Positions 39,907-49,759 of a DNA stretch of 64,000 nt are shown here, one piece after another. Location: assembly GCA_965208125.1 (NCBI GenBank), contig OZ242320.1, forward strand, positions 1,440,001 through 1,504,000, written 5' to 3'. Position numbers and translations under genes: made by a program. Each line of letters opens with the position of its first letter. Position 1 is the stretch's first letter. Source of the DNA: Candidatus Latescibacterota bacterium (GTDB lineage: Bacteria > Latescibacterota > UBA2968). Below the pieces are notes generated by a model. The model had not been told where the DNA came from, did not search any database, and saw only the letters and a program-made list of their open reading frames with translations.

Positions 39907-40438
39907 AATTCTGAGCATCGTCCTGCTGTCTTTTATGATAGTACTCGCGATTGCGGTTTCCCGAATGCAAAATCTGTTTATGGCCGCAATGATGCTGGGC
40001 ATATTCAGCTTCCTATCGGCTATCGTATTTACATTGCTCGACGCCGTCGATGTCGCATTTACCGAAGCGGCTGTTGGAGCCGGTGTGTCAACCGTGCTCC
40101 TGCTGGGCACCCTATCATTGACGACGCGCGAAGAAAAAATGATCAAAAAAAATAACGCATTGGCACTGCTTGTCGTGCTCGTTACGGGCAGCGCGCTCAT
40201 TTACGGCACACTGGACATGCCGATGTTCGGCGACCCCAATGCGCCCGTTCACACACACGTTGCCGATCGCTATATTGAAAAATCGGGAGAAGAAATGGGA
40301 ATCCCCAATATTGTAACATCGGTATTGGCGAGCTACCGGGGATACGATACACTGGGTGAAGTAACCGTAATTTTTACGGCTGGTATCGGCGTAATATTGC
40401 TCCTGGGACATATCTGGCGCAAGGAGGACGGGCAATGA
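39893..40438 (+). CDS. Mrp B-related subunit (DUF4040 / MrpA C-terminal-like)
   Basis: AVDVAFTEAAVGAG, NIVTSVLASYRGYDTLGE. Confidence 0.88.
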   Translation: MSMTEILSIVLLSFMIVLAIAVSRMQNLFMAAMMLGIFSFLSAIVFTLLDAVDVAFTEAAVGAGVSTVLLLGTLSLTTREEKMIKKNNALALLVVLVTGSALIYGTLDMPMFGDPNAPVHTHVADRYIEKSGEEMGIPNIVTSVLASYRGYDTLGEVTVIFTAGIGVILLLGHIWRKEDGQ

Positions 40439-40860
40439 GACATCAGAGCATTCCCCGCGTAGTGGGTAAGGGATTCATTCCGCCGATACTGTTATTCGCG
40501 CTCTACGTGCAATTTCACGGCGACTTTGGACCTGGAGGAGGGTTTCAAGCCGGTGTGATTTTTGCCGCAGCAGTGGTGCTCTACACGCTAATTTTTGGCC
40601 TGCAAGCCGCAAAACAAATCGTAAAACCCCGCATCATTGAAACACTCGTCGCACTCGGCGTCTTGCTCTATGCGGGCACGGGATTGGCCTCCCTATTTCT
40701 CGGTTACAATTTCCTGGATTATACTGCTCTGGATCCGGACAGTGCTCCGCACGGACAGCATCTGGGCATCTTGCTGGTCGAACTCGGCGTGGGTATTACC
40801 GTGGCTGCAGTAATGATAGCCATCTTTTTTTCTTTTGCAGGTCGGAGGCGATTGCGATGA
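40435..40860 (+). CDS. mrpB: Mrp subunit B
   Basis: HGDFGPGGGFQAG, ELGVGITV. Confidence 0.92.
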   Translation: MRHQSIPRVVGKGFIPPILLFALYVQFHGDFGPGGGFQAGVIFAAAVVLYTLIFGLQAAKQIVKPRIIETLVALGVLLYAGTGLASLFLGYNFLDYTALDPDSAPHGQHLGILLVELGVGITVAAVMIAIFFSFAGRRRLR

Positions 40861-41213
40861 TCTCCGTAGGATTATTCAACTACTGGGCCTGTATGGTCTT
40901 GATGATGATTGGATTGTACACCGCAATTGCGCGCCCCAATCTCATCAAAAAATTGATTGGCCTGAGTATCTTCCAGGTCTCGGTTTTCTTACTCTATATC
41001 ACCGTGGGAAAGGTCAGCGGTGGTACTGCGCCAATTTTGGCTGAAGGTATTGACACATATTCCAACCCATTACCCCATGTACTCATCCTGACGGCAATTG
41101 TCGTGGGCATTGCAACCCTCTCCCTGGGTTTGGCACTCGTCGTGCGAATTGGGGAAGCTTATGATACAATTGAGGAAGATGAAATTATAGAACGGGACAT
41201 TGTGAATGATTGA
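40857..41213 (+). CDS. mrpC: Mrp subunit C
   Basis: NLIKKLIGL, NPLPHVLILTAIVVG. Confidence 0.93.
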   Translation: MISVGLFNYWACMVLMMIGLYTAIARPNLIKKLIGLSIFQVSVFLLYITVGKVSGGTAPILAEGIDTYSNPLPHVLILTAIVVGIATLSLGLALVVRIGEAYDTIEEDEIIERDIVND

Positions 41214-42684
41214 TATGCATCTGCCCATATTATTGATTGTTGTCCCCCTTGTATCGGCCCCCTTATGTGTATTATTGCGGCAAAAAACGCTGGTTTGGGC
41301 TTTTGCGTCTCTCGTGTGCTTGGCCTCTTTGGGCATAGCATCTATGCTGCTCATCCGCGTGCTTGAAGAAGGCGTGATCTCGTATGCAATAGGCGGATGG
41401 ATTGCGCCCTGGGGCATTGAATACCGCGTTGATACGATCAACGCTTATGTGCTGTTGCTGGTTTCGATCATCGCCGCCGTGCTGACGTTTTTCGCACTGC
41501 CGAGCGTGGTAGATGAAGTCTCCGGTAAGCAGCATTATTTGTTTTATACGGCTTATCTGCTCTGCCTCACCGGACTGATGGGCATTACAATCACGGGCGA
41601 TGCATTTAACGTCTTTGTATTCCTGGAAATCTCATCGCTATCGTCCTACACCCTGATTGCCATGGGACGCGACCGGCGCGCATTGACGGCATCTTATCAA
41701 TACCTCATCATGGGCACATTGGGAGCCACATTTATTGTCATTGGCATCGGCCTGATGTACATGATGACCGGCACCCTGAATATGTTTGATCTATCCCAGC
41801 GCTTGCCCGCGATGTTTGAAACCCGCACAGCAATGGTCGCATTCGCCTTTTTGACCGTGGGCATGTTGATCAAACTGGCGATGTTCCCGATGCACATGTG
41901 GTTGCCCAATGCCTATTGTTACGCGCCCTCTTTAGTCACGGCTTTTTTGGCTGCAACAGCGACAAAAGTATCCATCTACGTATTTCTGAGATTCACGTTT
42001 ACCGTATGGGGCACTGAGTTTGTGTTTGAAAAACTCAACCTCGATGTCTTTTTAATCCCTCTATCCCTCATCGGGATTTACGTGGCATCTCTATCCGCTA
42101 TTTACCAGACCAATATAAAGCGGTTATTGGCTTATTCCAGCGTGGCACAAATCGGGTATATGATGCTGGGCATCGGCTTTGTTTCCATAACCGGATTGAC
42201 CGGCGGGATTGTTCACCTGTTTAACCACGCCTTGATGAAAGCCGCCCTATTTTTGGCCGTAGGCTGCGCGGTATTGCGCCTCGGATCATCTGACCTCGCC
42301 GACTGGAAGGGCCTTGGGCGACGCATGCCCGTGACAATGGCGGCCTTTGTACTGGCGGGTTTGAGCTTGATCGGCGTGCCGTTAACCGTGGGCTTTATCA
42401 GCAAATGGTATTTGATCCTGGCCGCGCTGGAAGCGGGATGGTGGCCCGTAGCACTGCTCGCCTTGCTCAGTTCCCTGCTCGCCGTAGTATATGTGTGGCG
42501 CGTCGTTGAAGTGGCCTACTTTCAGAAAGCCGATGATGATTCCAATATAAAGGAAGCGCCGTTAATGATGCAGATATCCATGTGGGTTTTAACAGGAGCA
42601 ACAGTGTATTTTGGCGTACAAACGGACTTAACCGTCAACGTGGCACAACGCGCCGCCGGATTATTACTGGGGGCAACGCCGTGA
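41206..42684 (+). CDS. mrpD: Mrp subunit D family
   Basis: TGDAFNVFVFLEI, HMWLPNAY, KRLLAYSSVAQIGY, GFISKWY. Confidence 0.9.
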   Translation: MIDMHLPILLIVVPLVSAPLCVLLRQKTLVWAFASLVCLASLGIASMLLIRVLEEGVISYAIGGWIAPWGIEYRVDTINAYVLLLVSIIAAVLTFFALPSVVDEVSGKQHYLFYTAYLLCLTGLMGITITGDAFNVFVFLEISSLSSYTLIAMGRDRRALTASYQYLIMGTLGATFIVIGIGLMYMMTGTLNMFDLSQRLPAMFETRTAMVAFAFLTVGMLIKLAMFPMHMWLPNAYCYAPSLVTAFLAATATKVSIYVFLRFTFTVWGTEFVFEKLNLDVFLIPLSLIGIYVASLSAIYQTNIKRLLAYSSVAQIGYMMLGIGFVSITGLTGGIVHLFNHALMKAALFLAVGCAVLRLGSSDLADWKGLGRRMPVTMAAFVLAGLSLIGVPLTVGFISKWYLILAALEAGWWPVALLALLSSLLAVVYVWRVVEVAYFQKADDDSNIKEAPLMMQISMWVLTGATVYFGVQTDLTVNVAQRAAGLLLGATP

Positions 42685-44150
42685 GTGGATCAACCGCTAT
42701 ACTCGTATCTATTGCGTTACCGCTTCTGGGCATGCCCTTTATTGCACTGACCTCGCGCAGTCCCAATATGCGCGAAGCCATCGGATTGATTGCGGCTGTA
42801 TTGACCTTTGGCACTGTAATCTCACTTTTACCTTCGGTGATGGACGGCGCACAACCCGCCGCGCATGTCATAGACGTAATGCCGGGCCTATCACTGGCAT
42901 TTCAAGTAGAGCCATTGGGCATGATATTTGCCCTCATCGCGTCGGGTTTGTGGATTGTCACCACAGTCTATGCCATCGGGTACATGCGCGGGCATCACGA
43001 AGAAAATCAGACGCGATTTTTTGTGTTCTTTGCATTTGCGATCTCGGCTGCTCTGGGCGTGGCTTTTGCCCGCAACATGTTCACCCTGTTCATATTTTAC
43101 GAAGTATTGACCCTATCGACATATCCACTTGTAACGCACCACCGCAGCGAAGAAGCCCTGCGCGCCGGGCGCATTTACATGGGCATTTTGATGAGCACAT
43201 CGGTGGGTTTTCTATTGCTGGGCATGGTGTGGACCTGGCAATTAACCGGCACGCTGGAATTTGCGCCAGGCGGTATTCTAACCGGCAAAGCGAGCGAAGG
43301 TATTGTAATCGTCCTCCTCGGTCTCTATGCCTTTGGAACGGGAAAAGCGGCGTTGATGCCCTTCCACAGATGGCTGCCCGCGGCAATGGTTGCGCCCACG
43401 CCAGTCAGTGCACTATTGCATGCAGTAGCCGTGGTAAAAGCCGGTGTATTCACAATAATGAAAGTGGTGATCTACCTCTTTGGTACAGACCTGCTTTCGG
43501 ACGCGGGTCTCAGTGAATGGCTAACCTACATCGCCGGCTTCACCATTCTGGTGGGATCGCTCGTGGCGATGACAAAAGACAACTTGAAAGCGCGACTGGC
43601 GTATTCCACAATCAGCCAATTATCCTATATCGTACTGGGGGCGTCGCTGGCAAATGATCTGGGAGTGCTGGGCGGCAGCATGCACATCGTAACGCACGCC
43701 TTTGGCAAAATCACCCTCTTCTTCTGTGCCGGAGCCATCCTGGTGGCCTTGCACAAAACAGAAATCAGCGACATGAAAGGCATTGGACGACAGATGCCCT
43801 TTACGATGTTCGCCTTTTTGATCGGCTCTCTGAGCATTATCGGAATTCCGCCTTTTGCGGGCGCGTGGAGCAAATGGTATCTGGTTCTGGCTTCTATAGA
43901 AGCCCATCGCTATGTGGCCGCGGGCGTATTGCTCATCAGTTCTCTACTCAATGTCCTCTATTTATTGCCCATTCCCATCTATGCATTTTTTGCGTCCGCA
44001 ACCAATGACCATCACACAGACGGACTGCATGAAGCGCCGCTTGCGTGCGTACTCCCCTTATCACTTACAGCCATCGGCTGCCTGGTACTCTATATCTATC
44101 CCGAACCTGTTCTGGACCTGTTGCTCATGATCGGAGGGGCCATGCCATGA
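42681..44150 (+). CDS. Second Mrp D/A-family antiporter-like subunit
   Basis: GTG overlapping the previous stop. WLPAAMVAPTPVSALLHAVAVVKAG, LAYSTISQL. Confidence 0.88.
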   Translation: MSGSTAILVSIALPLLGMPFIALTSRSPNMREAIGLIAAVLTFGTVISLLPSVMDGAQPAAHVIDVMPGLSLAFQVEPLGMIFALIASGLWIVTTVYAIGYMRGHHEENQTRFFVFFAFAISAALGVAFARNMFTLFIFYEVLTLSTYPLVTHHRSEEALRAGRIYMGILMSTSVGFLLLGMVWTWQLTGTLEFAPGGILTGKASEGIVIVLLGLYAFGTGKAALMPFHRWLPAAMVAPTPVSALLHAVAVVKAGVFTIMKVVIYLFGTDLLSDAGLSEWLTYIAGFTILVGSLVAMTKDNLKARLAYSTISQLSYIVLGASLANDLGVLGGSMHIVTHAFGKITLFFCAGAILVALHKTEISDMKGIGRQMPFTMFAFLIGSLSIIGIPPFAGAWSKWYLVLASIEAHRYVAAGVLLISSLLNVLYLLPIPIYAFFASATNDHHTDGLHEAPLACVLPLSLTAIGCLVLYIYPEPVLDLLLMIGGAMP

Positions 44151-44425
44151 ACCATCCCGAATCCCCAAAACAGAATGAACGCTTGTTGGACCACCTCGGC
44201 GCCGTGCGCTGGTTGATCCTGGGCTTCTTCGTGTGGTGTGCGCTGTTGATCCTGACCGACCTCATCGTACATCGGCACCTGACATTTGCCGAAGGCCTGT
44301 TGCCGGTTGAAGGCCGATTTGGATTTTACGCCATTTACGGATTTGTCGCCTATTTATTAATCGTCTGGGGCTCCATACTCTTGAGAAAAGCACTCATGCG
44401 GTCGGAGGACTATTACGATGAGTGA
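44147..44425 (+). CDS. Small 2-TM protein of group-3 mrp operons
   Basis: FGFYAIYGF...LMRSEDYYDE. Translationally coupled on both sides. Confidence 0.7.
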   Translation: MNHPESPKQNERLLDHLGAVRWLILGFFVWCALLILTDLIVHRHLTFAEGLLPVEGRFGFYAIYGFVAYLLIVWGSILLRKALMRSEDYYDE

Positions 44426-46169
44426 GGTTCATCCCGCACTGATCCTGCTGGCGGGCGGCCTGCTTTTGTTTTGCCTTCCAACCACACCGCGCCGCATCGT
44501 GTCGGTATGCTTGCCCGTACTCGGATTTTTAAACCTGCTGACCATTGCCGATGGCACCTTGTGGCACATCACCTGGGGCGGCTACGAACTGACCGTACTG
44601 CGCGCGGACCGCTTGAGCATGCTATTTGGATACCTGTTCCATCTGGCGGCTTTTATCGGCGCGATTTACGCGCTACATCTCAAAGACCGGTTGCAAATCG
44701 GCACGGGATTGATCTACGCGGGATCGGCGGTTGGGGCGGTATTTGCCGGTGATCTGATCACCCTGTTTATCTTCTGGGAATTGCTGGCGATAACATCGGT
44801 ATTCCTCGTGTGGGCGCGCGGCGGTGAGCGCGCACTGCGGTCGGGAATGCGCTATCTGGTCATGCACATCTCCTCGGGCTTGCTACTCTTGCTCGGCGCG
44901 GTATTCTACTATTTGAACACAAAATCACTCACATTCGATCATATCGGATTAGACGAGAGTTATCACTACCTGATATTTTTTGCCTTTGGGATCAAATGCG
45001 CCTTTCCCCTGCTCCACAACTGGCTGATTGACGCCTATCCGGAATCCACACCCGTGGGCACGGTATTTTTGAGTGCATTCACCACCAAAGCCGCTGTATA
45101 TGCCCTCGCGCGCGGATTTGCCGGTGAAGATCTGCTCATCTACATTGGCGCCATCATGACCATCTTTCCGATATTCTACGCAGCCATCGAAAACGATATG
45201 CGCCGCGTATTGAGCTACAGCATGATCAACCAGATCGGATTTATGGTCGCGGGCATTGGCATCGGAGGCGCACTGGGTATTAACGGCGCAGTATCGCATG
45301 CATTCAATGACGTACTCTTCAAAGGGCTGCTATTCATGTCCATGGGCGCTGTTTTATTTTCCAGCGGGCGTATCAATGCCTCAGACCTGGGCGGCCTTTA
45401 CAAGTCCATGCCCTGGACCTGTGCCTGCTGTATTATAGGCGCCGCATCCATATCCGCAATACCCCTGTTTAACGCGTTTATCAGCAAATCCATGGTCATG
45501 CAAGGCGTCGCCGACAGCGGTGCTGTGACAATCTGGCTGGTGCTATTATTTGCATCGGCGGGCGTGCTTCACCACGCAGGCGTCAAAATTCCATTTTTTT
45601 CATTCTTCGCGCACGACTCTGGAATTCGCTGTTCCGAAGCACCCCTCAACATGCGGATCGCCATGACCATCTCAGCCATACTCTGTGTGGTCATAGGCTC
45701 CTATCCACCGCTGCTCTACAACTTATTGCCGCATCCCGTAGATTACGTACCCTATACCACGACCCATGTGGTGCTCCAACTTCAACTGGTTTTCTTCGCG
45801 GTACTGGCATTTGCGGTACTGATGTTGACGAGTGAAATCGACGTATATCTGGAAACGCAGAGGAAGCGAGGTATTGTCGGAATACTGATATTAATAGGCA
45901 AGCACCCTCCCGAATTGCCCGGTGTAAATCTCGACTTCGACTGGATTTATCGACGCGCTTTACCAAAAGGTATTCGCGCCATTGTCCGCACAGGTGGGCT
46001 GGTCGTGGATCGTTTTTTTGCAGGAGCAAAGGCGTTGATTCGAAAACTCATCGCGACTATTCAGGCGCAACACGATAATAGAGGATTATTTGGTCGCTCG
46101 TGGTTATCGCAAAGCAATGTGCTCATCGCAATTATTTTTCTGGCAATTTATCTGATTTATTATTTTTAA
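44418..46169 (+). CDS. Third Mrp D-family subunit
   Basis: AGDLITLFIFWE, LHNWLIDAYPE, LSAFTTK, RRVLSYS, FKGLLFM. Confidence 0.88.
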   Translation: MSEVHPALILLAGGLLLFCLPTTPRRIVSVCLPVLGFLNLLTIADGTLWHITWGGYELTVLRADRLSMLFGYLFHLAAFIGAIYALHLKDRLQIGTGLIYAGSAVGAVFAGDLITLFIFWELLAITSVFLVWARGGERALRSGMRYLVMHISSGLLLLLGAVFYYLNTKSLTFDHIGLDESYHYLIFFAFGIKCAFPLLHNWLIDAYPESTPVGTVFLSAFTTKAAVYALARGFAGEDLLIYIGAIMTIFPIFYAAIENDMRRVLSYSMINQIGFMVAGIGIGGALGINGAVSHAFNDVLFKGLLFMSMGAVLFSSGRINASDLGGLYKSMPWTCACCIIGAASISAIPLFNAFISKSMVMQGVADSGAVTIWLVLLFASAGVLHHAGVKIPFFSFFAHDSGIRCSEAPLNMRIAMTISAILCVVIGSYPPLLYNLLPHPVDYVPYTTTHVVLQLQLVFFAVLAFAVLMLTSEIDVYLETQRKRGIVGILILIGKHPPELPGVNLDFDWIYRRALPKGIRAIVRTGGLVVDRFFAGAKALIRKLIATIQAQHDNRGLFGRSWLSQSNVLIAIIFLAIYLIYYF

Positions 46170-46393
46170 AAGCCGTTTACACATTGGAAACATTGGACGT
46201 ATTTTTGTTTTTTATTTCATTTTTTTTTATGTTTAAGAAATCCTAATGAAACATCACTCTCATATATTTATAGAAAGGAGAAAATGAAAAACTAAAAGCG
46301 CACGCTTCAAAATTCAAAATATGGTCTGTGTGTACGCCACAAAATTTTGCTTACAGGTCATATCACTAAGTATAAACTCATCAGGAGGGACTT

Positions 46394-47137
46394 ATGAAGA
46401 AATTATGTGGCATTTTGCTTGCGGGAATTTTTCTAACCGCTCCCGCAAATGCTCAGATGTCGGTCGGTGTTACTCTGGATAGCTATACGGGATATATTTG
46501 GCGTGGTTATGTGCTCGGAGCCGATGACAAAATTGTGGCCCAGCCGGGCATTGAGGTGGGATTCGGTGAAACGGGTTTGTCTATAGGCGCGTGGGGATCG
46601 TGGTTTGTGCAGGACCGCATTGACGACAGAAATCCCGATACACAAACCCAAAATGTCGATGAACTCGACTTTTATGCCGACTATTCGAGATCCTTGAGCG
46701 AAGACATGGGCCTGGGCGTTTCTATCGGTTATATTCAATATGTATTTCCCAGTGCTGATGAAGACTCAAATCTCTCACAAGAAGCTTATATTGGACTATC
46801 TCTGGATAACGCCATATCACCGGCAGTGACATTTTATTACGATTTTGGTCTGGTCGAGGCATGGTACGTGTCTTTGTCGGGTGGCTATGACATTGCGCTC
46901 GGCTCGGAAGAAGGGCAAGTACTGAGTATCGGTGCAAGTGTTGCCATGAGCAATTACGCAGATGAAACGGGTGAAAATAAAACGGGTTTTAACGATGTCA
47001 CAGTTACGGCTTCGCTCAGTTGTAATGCGTGCGCAATTTCGATTGCGCCAACCATTGGATTTTCTTATGCCGACACAAAAATCAACCCCGACAACCGCAC
47101 GATTTGGGGGGGCGTAAGCATCGGCTTTGGGCAGTAA
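46394..47137 (+). CDS. Outer-membrane beta-barrel, TorF/TIGR02001-like putative porin
   Basis: Signal peptide ending ANA, YIWRG..QPG, ELDFYADY, YVFP. Confidence 0.7.
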   Translation: MKKLCGILLAGIFLTAPANAQMSVGVTLDSYTGYIWRGYVLGADDKIVAQPGIEVGFGETGLSIGAWGSWFVQDRIDDRNPDTQTQNVDELDFYADYSRSLSEDMGLGVSIGYIQYVFPSADEDSNLSQEAYIGLSLDNAISPAVTFYYDFGLVEAWYVSLSGGYDIALGSEEGQVLSIGASVAMSNYADETGENKTGFNDVTVTASLSCNACAISIAPTIGFSYADTKINPDNRTIWGGVSIGFGQ

Positions 47138-47215
47138 GTTATTCAATTCTCGACCCGGGTCGGCATTTCTGGTTTGCTTCGTGGCGTGGTTAATCAGATG
47201 CGACCAGGCGAGGTG

Positions 47216-47249
47216 GGGGAGATCTTTTGAGATCTCCCCTTTATTTTTT
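47216..47249 (+). terminator. Intrinsic terminator
   Basis: GGGGAGATCT-loop-AGATCTCCCC followed by a T-rich tail. Confidence 0.75.
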
Positions 47250-47876
47250 ATTGAGAATAGTATATAGATGTCCCAAAATCAAATCCGCGGCAATGGTAAA
47301 ATCGCGATCTCCGCAAACGATGAGATCGGCGTATTTGCGGGACGGTTCGACATAAGAATCGTGCATGGGGCGCACAGTTTCGAGATATTGAAGGGTAACG
47401 GATTCGGGCGTGCGCCCGCGTTCCTCAACATCGCGGTTGACGCGACGAATCAAGCGGATATCTGGCGGTGTATCCACAAAAATTTTCAAATTCAGGGCAT
47501 CGCGCAGTATTTGTTCGACCAATACGAGAATGCCTTCCACAATAATAATGGGACGAGGGCATAACTCAAGTGTTCTATCAGAACGGGAATGGGTAGTAAA
47601 ATCATAAGTTGGTACCAATACGGTCTCCCCGCGGGATAGTGCCTGAAGATGTTGCACCAGCAAATCTGTTTCGAGTGCATCGGGATGATCAAAATTAATT
47701 TGCGCGCGCTGGTCTGACGGGACATGGGCAAAATCGCGATAATACGCATCGTGGGAAATCCGTATAGCACGATCTTCACCGAGGTGCTCAAAAAGTATGT
47801 GGACGAGTGTGGTCTTACCCGTGCCAGTGCCCCCGGCAACACCAACTATGTAGGGCTTGCAAATCGCATTGGGCAT
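47241..47876 (-). CDS. udk: Uridine kinase
   Basis: GVAGGTGTGKTT, DAYYRD, NFDHPDA, RDVEERGR, VRPMH. The ORF-track extension upstream runs through REP repeats. Confidence 0.93.
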   Translation of the reverse strand: MPNAICKPYIVGVAGGTGTGKTTLVHILFEHLGEDRAIRISHDAYYRDFAHVPSDQRAQINFDHPDALETDLLVQHLQALSRGETVLVPTYDFTTHSRSDRTLELCPRPIIIVEGILVLVEQILRDALNLKIFVDTPPDIRLIRRVNRDVEERGRTPESVTLQYLETVRPMHDSYVEPSRKYADLIVCGDRDFTIAADLILGHLYTILNKK

Positions 47877-47897
47877 GTGTATTATCAAAAATGCCAT

Positions 47898-47988
47898 GTA
47901 GGGGACGGCCCCTGTGCCGTTCCGAACGACAGAAACTACATCCAATGATCGTGTCCGTGTAGGGGACGGCCCCTGTGCCGTCCCCCTA
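47898..47988 (+). repeat. Two GTAG-type REP elements
   Basis: GTAGGGGACGGCCCCTGTGCCGT at 47898 and 47959. Confidence 0.8.
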
Positions 47989-48006
47989 TCATAAGGATAC
48001 AAACAA

Positions 48007-49293
48007 ATGAACATTGTCGAAACAGATTTAGAAATTCAGCGCGAACCATTTGCGCGGCCATTTGCATTTAAGGGAGCGGCTTTTCACGAAAAGTGGAATC
48101 TCATCGTGCGTTTAAAAGACGCCGACGGACATGAAGCTTTTGGTATAGGTGGTTTGGCCGTACTGTGGTCAGACGCTACCGTATTTGCTGCACACACAGA
48201 AATGGGCGGCAATTTGCTTCAAGCATCTCTTCTGGAATTTGCACTACAGCAGATCAAAGGAAGAGAATTTGCCGACCCGATGGCATTATTTGACGCTATT
48301 GAAAACGATGTCTTTTCTTATGCCAAAGCGATCACAGGCCATGGGGATTTGCGCCGAACATTTGCACTGATTGCGCTGGTAGCACTGGACAACGCCGCAT
48401 GGATCCTGTATGCAAAGCGGAAGGGATTGGCGAACTTCGACGCCCTAATCCCGGAAAAATTCCGCTCATTTTTATCCCATCGCCAATCGCATGTCGCGCT
48501 CGTACCAGCAGTGAGTTATACCCTGCCCACAGATGAATTGCGGGAGATTTTGGATGATGGAGCGTACATACTAAAAATCAAAATTGGGCATCCGGGAGAT
48601 GAAACTGAAATGGTAAAAAAAGACATGGCCTGTCTGTCGAAGATTCACAGTCTGGCATCTCAGTACGAAACGGAGATGACCGATTCGGGCCATGTGCTCT
48701 ATTATCTCGATGCCAATGGTCGTTATGGCGAAAAAGACAGCATGGCTCGCTTATTGGATCACGCGGACAATGAAGGTATGATAGATCGCATTGTCCTGAT
48801 TGAAGAACCCTTTTCGCGTCCAGCAGATATCGACGTACACGGCTTACCTGCGCGTTTTGCAGGAGATGAAAGCATCGAAACCGTTGCAGATGTACACACC
48901 CGATTGGAGCAGGGATACGGTGCTATGGCGATCAAACCCGCGGGTAAAACCCTGTCTCTGGCTTTTCGCATGATCGAAGCAGTAAAAAATAATGTGCCGT
49001 GTTTTGTAGCGGATAATGCGTGTGTACCCGTGCTGGTGGAATGGAACAAAAACGTGGCTGCGCGATTGCCCGCATTTCCGGGAGTGAAAGGGGGATTAAT
49101 GGAATCCAACGGCCCGGAAAATTACGGCACCTGGAATCGCATGCTCTCGGAATATCCCATGCCCAATGCATCGTGGTTGCGACCTCGTGGTGGTGCTTAT
49201 GTATTAGGAGAGACCTACTACGATCAAAGCGGAGGGATATTTGAAGAACCAACCGTGTACACGCGATTATTTCAGAAGATAAAAAATAGATAA
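48007..49293 (+). CDS. Enolase superfamily enzyme (mandelate racemase/epimerase-like)
   Basis: KIKIG, LDANG, IEEP, GDES, KP metal and catalytic motifs. Confidence 0.8.
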   Translation: MNIVETDLEIQREPFARPFAFKGAAFHEKWNLIVRLKDADGHEAFGIGGLAVLWSDATVFAAHTEMGGNLLQASLLEFALQQIKGREFADPMALFDAIENDVFSYAKAITGHGDLRRTFALIALVALDNAAWILYAKRKGLANFDALIPEKFRSFLSHRQSHVALVPAVSYTLPTDELREILDDGAYILKIKIGHPGDETEMVKKDMACLSKIHSLASQYETEMTDSGHVLYYLDANGRYGEKDSMARLLDHADNEGMIDRIVLIEEPFSRPADIDVHGLPARFAGDESIETVADVHTRLEQGYGAMAIKPAGKTLSLAFRMIEAVKNNVPCFVADNACVPVLVEWNKNVAARLPAFPGVKGGLMESNGPENYGTWNRMLSEYPMPNASWLRPRGGAYVLGETYYDQSGGIFEEPTVYTRLFQKIKNR

Positions 49294-49373
49294 AAGACTG
49301 GACCACATTGGGCTGTGGTACACGATGATTCGATACACAATATCTGGCACATAAAAAATAAAAAAAAGTAGTC

Positions 49374-49402
49374 TTGACTTAATAAAAACAATGGCTTATC
49401 TT
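49374..49402 (+). promoter_or_regulatory. Orphan sigma70-type promoter
   Basis: TTGACT-17 nt-TATCTT with no downstream + strand gene. Confidence 0.55.
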
Positions 49403-49408
49403 AAGTCC

Positions 49409-49682
49409 GTTCTTGTGGTAAAGACTCGTCAATCCCCCAAGTCGTGCAAGATGGCACCGATTCCCCATCGGATTTCTCGGTCATCTAAGTGCTGAATTGC
49501 TTATCTGAACTCCCCATTCCAATTCCCACTATAGTACTCTGAATTAAGCGAACTCGCCATTGCTGACTTACCTCTTGTTTGGTTTTGACGTTAAAAACCC
49601 GGGGGCGAGTTGACTCAACGTAGCCGGATTCCCGCGGAATCATCTCTCCCAGGCTGTGTGAGTCGTTTGCCCCCGGGCTGTT
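49409..49682 (+). ncRNA. Candidate ~270-nt structured RNA with repeated UCCC motifs
   Basis: CCGAT-TCCCC-ATCGG hairpin. Large 3' stem 49598-49677 with several G-U pairs valid only on +. Confidence 0.55.
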
Positions 49683-49759
49683 CAGCGAATCAACGAATCA
49701 ACGAACCCTGCCCATCCTCCCAAAATCAGTAGTACTACCATTCGTCTATTCGCGCTTTT

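Noticed and set aside
47898-47988. Two direct repeats with a spacer as a mini-CRISPR
   Set aside because: Only two copies, GTAG-REP structure, dispersed inverted copies elsewhere, and no cas genes.
47877-48014. N-terminal extension of udk in the ORF track
   Set aside because: Translates REP repeats (GTAQGPSP) and overlaps the divergent gene start.
49409-49682. tmRNA, RNase P or SRP identity for the 49.4 kb RNA
   Set aside because: No tRNA-like ends, no RNase P conserved regions and no SRP GGAA-loop motif. 6S is not fully excluded.
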